Shown: piece after piece, positions 25,101-34,978 of the stretch
Numbering within the stretch: the first letter of the stretch is position 1
How the letters are laid out: the number at the start of each line of letters is the position of its first letter
Made by a program: the position numbers and the translations under genes
NCBI GenBank assembly: GCA_020536535.1
Contig: JAHLWZ010000850.1
Coordinates: forward strand, 11,186-75,185
Reading direction: 5' to 3'
DNA from: Pelomyxa schiedti
Taxonomy: Eukaryota > Protista > Evosea
Length of the DNA stretch: 64,000 nucleotides
The notes under the pieces: generated by a model
What the model was told of the DNA's origin: nothing
Seen by the model: only the letters and a program-made list of their open reading frames with translations
Database searches by the model: none

Positions 25101-28100
25101 CCATCCAAGTCGTTGCCAGTGGAGGCAAGTTGCTCAGTCACTTCTTCTACTGCAGTTTGTCCGGTGAGGTCCTTGAATGCCTGTGTTGCTTTCATCAGGG
25201 CTTGAGCTGCTTGTTTTGCCCTAATTCGGAAGAGGTTGTGTCAGAAAGTAGATCGTTGGACTAAACGAAACAAACTTTTCGGACTGGTGAATTAGATCTT
25301 GTTTGGCAGTAAAGTTTTTAATCTTTGGTGCAGCTTTCAAAGCAGCCACAACCATCGTCATTGTTGGAATGCAGCTCTTTTGTGAGGCTGCTAGGACTTT
25401 TTGTTGCACTGGCAATGAAAAGGGGTCTTTAACTGAGGCCTATCACTAGATTAGAAAGGCTGTAAAGACAGCTGTTCTACCAGAGTTGCATCAAGAAGTT
25501 CAGTGGTAGTGGCAGATAGTGCATTGGCAGGCTTCATGAGAAGCGCTCGTTGTGATTCAGGAAGATACTTTGCACATGTCTTGGCTGCTGAAATCAAACA
25601 CAAAGAGCTTTCTATAAGCCCCTACGGTGTGGTAAATGATAAGGAAGTTGTATGCTGATTGCCGCCAGCTTACTTTGGAAAAGCCACGAAGATTTGAACC
25701 AGCAGCAAGACCGCCAGCAAGGGTGGCCATGTCCTGTGTCGAGGCTTGAAGATTCATAGCAATTGTCATAATTGCCTCCTGTTTTGCTTTGTCATCTGGA
25801 TTGTCAGCACATTCCTGGCAGGAAGCATACAGTTCTAAAATGTGAAGATTTTTGTGAGTGCGGCTAGAGACCAACAAAAACAAACTGTTGAACATGTCTG
25901 ACACATTTCGGATTGCTGTTTCTAACTTCAATCGTAGTTCTGGATCTTTTACACTGCCAGCAATGTTTTTCCCACTGGCAACGACTTTGTTGACTGATGC
26001 TCCCACAGACTTGAGAGCAACATCCATCGTTGCACGACTTCCTAGTCCATCCCTGGTTTGGCGCATCAGAGATTAATACCGCAAATGTTGAGTTATCTTA
26101 CTTCAGAGCTTGAAAAGGGGTATTCATTTCAGTGAAGGCTTCAGCGAAAGTGTTCACGAATTCCGGGTTTGTGGTACCAACTGGTTCGGCGCAGGCCGTA
26201 GCTTGGAGAAGTCCATTAAGTGATTGCAGAAGTGCCTGCACTGAGATGAAGAAAAAAAAAAGTAATGCATTGGTACCTGTGCTTGTTGTTGGACAGCAGA
26301 ACTGGGGTCAAGTCCCATTGTATTGCAAAGTTCAAGAAGTAAGTTAATGTCCTTCCTTATTGGGTCTACTGAGTCGGTGATCTAAAAAAAGTTCAACAAA
26401 AAAGCCTACACTTCACTTGGTGTAACCTGCGCCCTGCATATGGGGGCAAGAATTGCTGACCCAAATGTTTCTATTGCTGTTTGAGCGCTTATGGTTGCTT
26501 TTTTAATGCCCTCTATGCGTTCCAAGAGGGCAGTCCTTTTTGCAGCATCTGCGGTATTGATCGTTTCAACTGTAGCAGCATCAAGCAGTTGATTGGATCC
26601 GTCCACTAGAGTCTACTAAAGTTATCCAAACAACAAGCGAAAATGCTAACACCTGTCCATATTCAGTCAGAAGGCCAAGGGACTGACCGTCAACAACACC
26701 TTTGCCACTAGGGAGGGTTGGAAGCCAATATTCAATGAATGAAGAACACACGAAATAGCTGCATTCATGTAGGCAACAGCGGCATTGTATTTTGCTTGTG
26801 CAATTTTCATGGCGTTCATATGTTCTGCCCCTATGGCTTGTCCTTCATTGCATTCTTCGGCAACTGACAGAATTCTGGAGAGTGTAAGGCAGAGCAAGTG
26901 CTAATTGACGTACCCAGCCATAGCAGAGGTAACAAGCTTAGAAGCTTCCAATAAGGATACTGGGCTGTTGCCTTCAGGAATTGCGAATTTTGCTGAGGAA
27001 CCCATTTCATTAGCATGAACCATGATTTGTTTCACAGTGGGTAACAGTGCTTCACGAGAAACAGGTTTCGTTGTCATAAGCTGGCCGGGCTTAGTCGCGT
27101 AGTAATGTAGAATTGGGTCACCTTCATTAAATCTTCAACTGTTCCCCCAAGGGACTGAAATGAGGTTCCAAGTTGACTTCTCCACTTCTCTGGGGTCAAG
27201 CCACTTATGTTTTTTTAAAAAAAAAAAGACAGTAGAACTTCGGGGAACCTGACTCGAGTGGCTGGGGAAGGGCTTGCTGCAAGATCCTCTACCAGTGCTG
27301 TAAGTGCCTTCCTAGCTGACGGCAAGTCCTGGGACGGAACAGGCGGAAGAGCGGATAATTGAGCTGCCGAAGCTACAACCTTCTTGCCACTTTTTTTGGT
27401 AAAAAGGGTGCTCTACGATTTTACAACACACACCCAGTGTTAGGGTCAAATGAACCAGCAGTGTTGTATATAAGCCTAGATGAACCCTGTTTCTTCTTGC
27501 CAACTTGGTACATCACTGGTAAAGCCGACGCTTCAGCTTGCTGTACTTCAGGACCAGGTTCTTCAACAGCCTTTTCTGTGGACAGGTACCCCCTATTGAG
27601 CAAAGTCTTCGAAGCGTCAACCAAATTTACCTCGGCGTGCTTTCAGGGCAATATCCACATAACCAGCGAGAAGGGAATTAATGTCTTTTGCACATGGAGA
27701 ATCGAACTTCATCAACTGTGTGTCGTACTCTCCAAAATCCAAAGTGCATGTTCGGTCTGTTCCACCCCAACGCTTTATATGGTTAAGGTGGTTCCCTTTG
27801 ATCACTTCCTACAGAATATTAAACAGGAAAACTGAGGGGGTGAATACAAAGGTCTCTGGGTTCATAATCTGAATTGCGTCCCTTTTAATTCCCAGGGCAA
27901 ATTCCTTAAGATTCATCTGTAGAAATACCTTCGTTTAAAAAACAAAACATGAAAAAAAGGTAACTTACACAAATAGGGAAAATTGTGAGACCGTAAGTCT
28001 TCAAAGACCGTGCAAGCTGAATATACCGAAATTTGGCTTGCACCTCTTCAACACCACGAACTTGTTTGTACTGCAGGAAAACCTCATCCCCTATCTTCTT

Positions 28101-29218
28101 TGTCTTTTGCCAGCGAGGAGGGAGGAATTGAATTAACTCCCTTTTGGAGAAGTCAGTTAATCCATTGGCACCAGTAAAAAGAAATACTTTTTGAGTTTCT
28201 TGGCATCCCATTTATTTGGATCATAGTCGTGCAACTGGACCTGTGCTCGCATAGCAGCAAGCAAAATTCCTTCATCCTTTTGGCAAGGATATGACCCTTC
28301 CTCAATGGCACTTTTCAACTAGTTCAATTACCACTCAGTTAGAGACAAACAGTAAAGGGACTAGGTCTACTTGAAGGTAAACCAAGTGCACGGCCATAGG
28401 AATTGTAAGGTCAATCTGGTCGTCAGTGGCAAAAAACCTCTTCTTCATAATCAACAAGACAGTGTCGGAGATATCCTGTTCAAAAAGGGACTTTGTCGAG
28501 TCGACCCACATACTTGGAACAGCAGGGCCATTCCAAACGGCAGGGGGAGGAGGAGCTTTGCCAGGTTCAACTAATAAAGTTAAGGAAAGTGAGGAGAAGC
28601 GCGGATACTCACTTGTTACTTCCTGCTGAAGTGAAAATTCTTCCCAGTTTTTAACGCTCAATCGTTCACACATGGTCTGAACAATTGTCTGGTGCGTGAT
28701 GAATACGCCGAACAAACTAAAGTGTGGGGAGGTATACTGCTGCAGGTTTACTGTCATCAACAAGCACAGTTCTCACGTTTTCATCAATAGTTTTAATTTT
28801 TTGTGCACGGGTTTTTTTCCGGAAGATCACTTCATCATCCTGATTCAGTCAAACCAATAAAGGGAAGTAAACAAAGCACACATTTCTTAGGTCGTAGAAC
28901 CCTAGGGTCTTGGTTGGGAGCAAATATCTGTACAATGGTTTAGACGAAAAAGACGCAGAAAGGTGATAACCTGTTGTGAAATTTTTCTGATGCCATTTGA
29001 AACAAGCCGTGGTCTGCTCCACCACACATGGCCTTCATAGCATGTTAAAAAGAGGGCCAATCTTGTTAAATTGGAAACATGGTTTTTTTGGAAAATAAAA
29101 TAAAAACACAAACTTTTTCGGTGATGTCGACTAGTGCCTCTCCAACAGACAGAGTTCTGTTGAAGCGCAGAGATCTCGTCACGCTCTTCTCGGGGATGTT
29201 AACTCGTAATGTAAGCAT
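19182..29218 (-). CDS. TLN: Talin (FERM head, helical rod, C-terminal I/LWEQ actin-binding domain)
   Basis: MLTLRVNIPEKSVTRSLRF...DEVIFRKKTRAQKIKTIDENVRTVLVDDSK (F0/F1); YIQLARSLKTYGLTIF; IKRWGGTDRTCTLDFGEY...LLAGYVDIALK (F3); Ala-rich rod bundles; EELIATTRAVVAATTQLVTASRVKAD and EIEMQIQMQQLEEQLRKTRNEMLR|ARKGQY at the C-terminus. Confidence 0.95.
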
Positions 29219-29442
29219 TCTTCGACAATCGAACTACACTGTACGCGTAACCCACGCACGTGTTTACGGGTGCCGGTGTGGTGTTGGGGGTTTTGTGGAA
29301 AAAAAAAAGAGAAAAACAAAAACGGCGGGCAGATCCCAAAGAACAGGGATGTTGCCGATGATGGTGGGTTACTTTTGTTTTTTCTTTTTTTTTTTTTTTG
29401 AAACGCTGTGAGCGAACCTTGTTTCTTTCTGGATGGTTATTT

Positions 29443-29764
29443 ATGGAAACGATTTCCTTCTTCAAAGAGGAATGCAGTTGCCAGAGTCCAGAGACTCCCG
29501 TAATCCCGATGTATCCCGCCGCACTCCAGTCGATTCGGAACAGGTGCCCTCAACTCTCCTCAGAAGATCAAATCGGGGCTCTGGAGGCGGCAGCGCTGTG
29601 GTCCTCATAACCCAAATAAGAAAGTGATGAGTGGAGTCGACGAGACCACGAGGCCGGTGATGGTCGTTGCATCGACTAGATCTTCGAGTGTTTATCACCT
29701 TCTACGAGTTATCGGCAGGTTTTCAAAACATGATGGATGGTTGTCTATGTGTGTGGGTTTATTA

Positions 29765-29852
<88 letters not shown>

Positions 29853-31081
29853 TATTGTAACAGGGGGAGTCACGCTCGTGTATTCTATGCTGAGGTTGAA
29901 GGGACAAGAGAAGTTGTTGCTGTCAAGGTGGTTGAGAAAGCCAAGCTTTTTAATGGAAAGCAAAAAACCAACCTCATACGTGAGGTGGAAATAATGCGAT
30001 CAGTTGTGCATCCAAATGTATGCTTTTCTTATTCTGCTTATTGGTGCCCTCTAACCCTTTTTCTTTTTGGTAGGTATTATCTCTTATTGACTTAATAGAA
30101 GACACGAATAACATCTATATGGTTACTCCTCAGTATGCAGTTAAGCTATTACCATCACTTACAACGCACAGTATGGGTGGTGGGGAACTGTTCAATAAAA
30201 TAATTAGCCGGGGTCACTTCACTGAAGCAGATGCTGTATCTATAGTAAAACAGGTTAGTTGCTTGTGTATTTGAAGAACTTATTAATTTTCTTCAAGATT
30301 TGTGAAGCAATCAATTTTTTGCACCGTCAAGGAATTTGCCATCGAGACTTGGTATGCTTTTTATTAATTTGTTTCCATTCATGCTAATACAGAAACCCGA
30401 AAATATATTGTGTTCCGAGGAACCAGTTAATTTCCGAGTTGTTATCAGTGATTTTGGTTAGTGCCTATGCTTTCCCAAGGTCTACTTCTTACCCTCCCAG
30501 GTCTCTCGAAATTGTTTGGCCGTGGTGAACTCATGAAAACAGCGTGGCTTCCTTTTACTCACACTAATTAGCACTAACCATACAATCACAGGTGCGGAAC
30601 TTTACAGTACGCTGCACCGGAGGTCTTCACCTCCAGAGTCTATTCTGAAGCATGTGACATGTGGACACTTGGTGTTATCACATACGTCATGTTCCATTCC
30701 TTCCCCCGTTGTACTTTTCTAACGTACAAACAAAAGTCTAACTGGGTGCTTCCCTTTCAACGGCACGTATGAGGACTTAATGGCTAAGATGTCTCAACCA
30801 AATTACGTAAAGGACAACCTCACTCCCGTCGGAGTATCACTTCCCGGTTAGTTGCACACAACACTCACACTACTCACTCACATTCACATTCACATTCTCA
30901 TTCTCTCACACTTTGTGTTCCAGCTGTTGCCTTCATTGAGGGCCTTCTTCAAGTCGAAGCAAGCAACAGATTGCATGCCAACAACGCTCTGTCTCACCCC
31001 TGGCTTCTCGCCAATTTGTCTGGTTCATCAGGAGTTTCCTTGAGGCAGAGTGTGGACCTGCTCAGACAAAACCGAAACTGA
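29443..31081 (+). CDS. Ser/Thr protein kinase, CAMK group
   Basis: IGR|GSHARV Gly-loop, [18 protein letters not shown]|KPENIL, SDFG|[27 protein letters not shown] and HPWL; stop at 31079-31081. The start is 29443 via a 64-nt intron, or 29627. Confidence 0.9.
29768..29851. repeat. 84-nt poly(T) homopolymer inside a kinase intron
   Basis: Uninterrupted T run directly upstream of the 3' splice site (...gtaacag). Confidence 0.95.
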
Positions 31082-31211
31082 CCCCCACAAGGAACACAAC
31101 AAAGACAAACCTCTTTACTTGTACAAATGATACAAAATGTCTTCATAAGACTCTTTTTTGTACTGCTTTTTTGCTGCCACTGCAGGTTTCGAATGAACAT
31201 GCCTTGGTTTC

Positions 31212-32307
31212 TCATGGAAGAGCGTTGGGTCCAACAAGGAATCCCCACCGATTCAGAATCGCCTGGGTGATGTCTTGCCCGTTTTCCAGAGTCCTAGCAA
31301 CGTTAAGGGCGTCGTCGGCTGTGTGTAGCCAGTTGAACAGCACAAAAGAGTGCGGAGTGAAGTTTGGTAGACTCTTCACAGAGCAGGTGCCCTTAAGCCA
31401 AGCAGGAGTGTGTTCTTTGGCCCACGTGCACACTATCCTCTTCACAGTTGCAGATGCACGTTCCGTGTCCGAGTTTTTATCCCGCAGGATTTCACTGTCA
31501 GCAGGGTGGAGTGTGCCAGGTGTCAATTGCTCAAGATAGACCAGTTGTTTGCGAAGTGTTCTTAACTAAGGGATATTTATAATATGAAATGCAATAGTTT
31601 GAGTAACCTCTTTTGCGTAGGTTGGTGCATCCATTACAGTCTCACCTGATGTAACACCCCAGTCAGCAAGCTCAAGCAACATAGGTACCAGGGATTCGAC
31701 TTCATGAGCTCCCTCAATTGATTGTCTCACAGTATCCATGTATCCCGGAGGGAGTAGTGCCCTATCTTTTGGATTGACCATTTGAGCATTAAATCGCTCT
31801 ACAACTTGGTCTCGGACAATGGTGTTCCAGCTGTTCATGCTATCAAGTACTACTAGCGAAATAGGGGCGCCAGAAATTTTTATAAATGACTCCCATCCCA
31901 TTTTCAGCTCCCTTTTTATTTCCAAATCTACTCTGTTGAGGAGAAGCTCTGGCAGTCAATAAGTTTGGTTTTAGAGTAGAATCTAAAGTGGGCATTTGGG
32001 GGAAAAGAAAATCACCAACAATAGGCAGGGTGGTTTTCACTGCAGATGTGAAGAAGTGTTCAGCAGTTTTCTCGGCCGCAGCGCGCAACCACAAGCCGCA
32101 CAATCCTGCTCTCTCAGGGAGGGTCGCCAAAACAGAAGCCACTTGTTCCTCTTAAAAACGAATGAATACAACAAGATCTTGACCGTTGCTCGCCACACTC
32201 TCCGTACCTGGACCAGACTGAATGGCCTCACGCAACATTTGCGGTGTCACCCTACTCTTGTTTGCACTTGCCGTAGTGCCGGTTGTAACGTTCGGATCTT
32301 GGCTCAT
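31212..32307 (-). CDS. Hypothetical protein, multi-exon
   Basis: MSQDPNVTTG...AIQSGP|EEQVASVLATLPERAGLCGLW... joins the ORFs at 31566-31925 and 31212-31526 through GT-AG introns. No motif recognised. Confidence 0.6.
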
Positions 32308-32495
32308 TTCTTTTTTGCGAGAAATTACAATCTGAATCTCTTGTCAGCTGTGCTTGTCGAGGAGGAGCTTGTCACCCGAATTGCATTAATTCCCTGCGTG
32401 ACACTTTCATAGGATTCAGACTTGGATTCCCTCCAAGTTGGAAACAAGGAGTTCCAATTCGTAAATTATCAAGAAAAAACAGCGAGGCGATAGTC

Positions 32496-34061
32496 ATGTC
32501 AACGGAAGTCGTCGTCACGCAAAACGGACCGGAAAGTACGACAACAACTACGTCAACTGCGACAGCAAGTGGTGAGAGATTGTCTGTGGATACGAGTGAC
32601 CCGGGGATCGTTCAGTCCGTAGTCAAAGAAGAGGTCCTCTATGTTTCTCTCAATCAAGATCACTCGTGTTTACTGCTTGGAACTACGACTGGGTAACAAT
32701 CACTTTCCTACGTTCCCGTCGGTTGACAAATGGTTCTGACGCCAGTTATAGGTTCAGGGTGTTTAACACCGAATCAGAGCAAACACAGAGACTTTACCGA
32801 AGTAATTTTCCACTTTCAATTCGTAACGTGGTCTTATTTGGTTAAGGACTTGATGGTGGGATAGGAATTGTTGAGACACTGCACAGGTTTAGGGTGTATC
32901 ACTTTGTTCTATTTCCCACTCTTTTTGTCTAAAGAACGAACTTTTTTTTCCTTGTCGGAGGAGGGAAACACCCAGCATGGGCAAACACGATGGTTAACTT
33001 CATAAACTCTTCATATCCTTGTTGCATGTATAACCCTAATGACAGTTTATTCTTTGGGATGACAGTCGCGGGGCCATTGAAGTACATATGGAATTTCCAA
33101 GGCCAGTCCTAGGTGTCAAAGTCTCAAGGGACAGGTTGTCTTGCAACAGTGAAAACAGAACTTATATTTAACAGAATTTTGTTGTGTCTGGAAAATGTGA
33201 CCTATCTTTATGCACTCAATAACTTGGATATGCTGTCGTCATATCCAGCACTAAATCCTCGTGGAGTATGTGCTATGTCTACTCGTGTAGTAGAGCCTTC
33301 TACAATACAACTATTTGGTCCTACTGATCCAATTGGTTATGCAGCAACGCCGGGCCTCCAGGTAACTCTATGAATGCAAGCTGCTCTCATTATCAATATT
33401 TAGCCAGGGCAAGTTGTTGTGCAATGCCTGAAGGAAACCTATGAATATGCAGTGTTCAATGCTCACGAATCTAATGTGACCAGCATAGCAATGAAAATGG
33501 ATGGGACAGCAATGGCAACGGCATCTGAGCAGGTTTGTTACTGTTAAACGACTTTGCTTACACTTAGCAGGGCACGATAATCCGAGTTTGGGATGTACAA
33601 AAGGTAATGAAGAAAGTTGATGCGAAAATTATGGAGCTACGACGTGGAGCAGATCACGCCAACATCTATTCATTGAACTTCTCGCCGCATACACCGTTTC
33701 TCCTTGTTACTTCCGACAGTGGTACCTGCCACATCTTTTCTGAACAGATGTATGCTCCTTCAGTATTTTCCTGTAGCAATTGACACTGAAAAGGGAGAAA
33801 AATGTATCATCAAGATTAACAGCAGTGGCTTGGGGTTTGCCAGGCTACTTTTCATCACATTGGAGCCTTATCAATTTCAAAACGACCAACCTGAAAAATT
33901 GTGCATGCTTTATAGGGCAAGGCGCTTTCATTCTCAGTGAGAAACTGCCCCCCTTTTTCACTCACTAACACATTACAGTTGTAAACATGAATGGGGAACT
34001 GTTCAGATATGAAATTGTGGATAACACTGCAAAGCAAATTGTGGAGAAATCTTTATTGTAG
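32496..34061 (+). CDS. PROPPIN / WIPI3-WIPI4 (WDR45, Atg18/Hsv2-like) phosphoinositide-binding WD40 protein
   Basis: SLNQDHSCLLLGTTTG|FRVFN, FFLVGGG, AHESNVTSIAM...ATASEQ|GTIIRVWD and ELRRGADHANIYSLNFS (LRRG motif typical of the WIPI3/4 branch). Confidence 0.92.
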
Positions 34062-34090
34062 GAATTTGGTTTGAATTTTTCTGTTTGCAT

Positions 34091-34890
34091 TCAAGAGCTC
34101 CTCACATAGAGTACTTCTGGTACATTTTCTAGCTGTGCTGCAAAACGTGCAGCCACAAAAAGCAAGTCACTCGCCCTGTAAAATTAAAGAAATGTTGAGT
34201 GATTTGAAAGGATAAAGACAAAACAAAAAAAAAACCAAGTGTTAGGACACAAAACCAACCTATTGAGGAATTTGAGGGTGCAGGAGTCTATGTTGTGACC
34301 AGATTCAACCAAACTCACAGTGGACCTTTCAGCCCTGCGACACACGCACCTGGCAATGTGTAGGTTGCAGGAAATGGCCCCGCCACTGGGCAACACGAAG
34401 CCCGTCAGTGGCGCATTGTGGGAGTCGATAGTGTCTATTTGAAGCTCGATGTCGTCGACGTGCTGCTGCTTCATGGGTATCTGCCCACGCCCTGGTACGA
34501 AATGTCTCACAGAAAAAAGATACAAAGGGGGCGGCAACCTCCACCGCTGGTTGGTGTTGCAGATGTTGTTGTTGTCGCAGCAGTAGTTGATGAGCACGAC
34601 CCAATCGCAGTGCCAACGTCGAACAGTCTGTTCTGCATCGTGCACAACGCGGAGTCCAGCATCGCCCATAAGTCACACCTGGGCTCGCGCTCGGCGGAGT
34701 TCAGCGCCGCTCTGGCCGCCCCGACGTGCGCGTTGGCCTCGTCGACCGAGCCAAGGGCGTCGAACACCGTGTCCGACTTCGACCGTCGCTCTCCCGTGTA
34801 CATGCTGCTGGTCCCACCGTCCCCGCTACGTGTGTACACCTTGGACTTCACCCTCGAGGTGTGTGACGACGACTCGGCGGCACTGTCCAT
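34091..34890 (-). CDS. MMAB: ATP:cob(I)alamin adenosyltransferase, PduO/MMAB family
   Basis: KVYTRSGDGGTSSMYTGERRSKSDTVFDALGSVDEANAHVG, QNRLFDVG, LTGFVLPSG...LHIARCVCRRAER and FLNR|ASDLLFVAARF; two introns. Confidence 0.95.
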
Positions 34891-34978
34891 TTGGTTTTAT
34901 GAACCGGTTTTCCAGGTTGTTGACGTGCAGAAACACATTCATTTTAGGGGAAATTTGGACAACGAAAAGTGCTGGGGC

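Noticed and set aside
29440-29625. RNase P RNA-like signals: CCUCAUAACCCAA (as in human H1 RNA near CR-V), AGAGA after a 9-bp helix CCAGAGUCC/GGGCUCUGG, and two small hairpins
   Set aside because: No GNAANNUC CR-I or P4 partner and no room for CR-IV/P2. The region is explained as the first two coding exons of the CAMK kinase (ATG 29443, 64-nt GT-AG intron, in frame).
29695-29994. Poly-Phe and poly-Lys ORFs
   Set aside because: Artefacts of translating the intronic poly(T) run.
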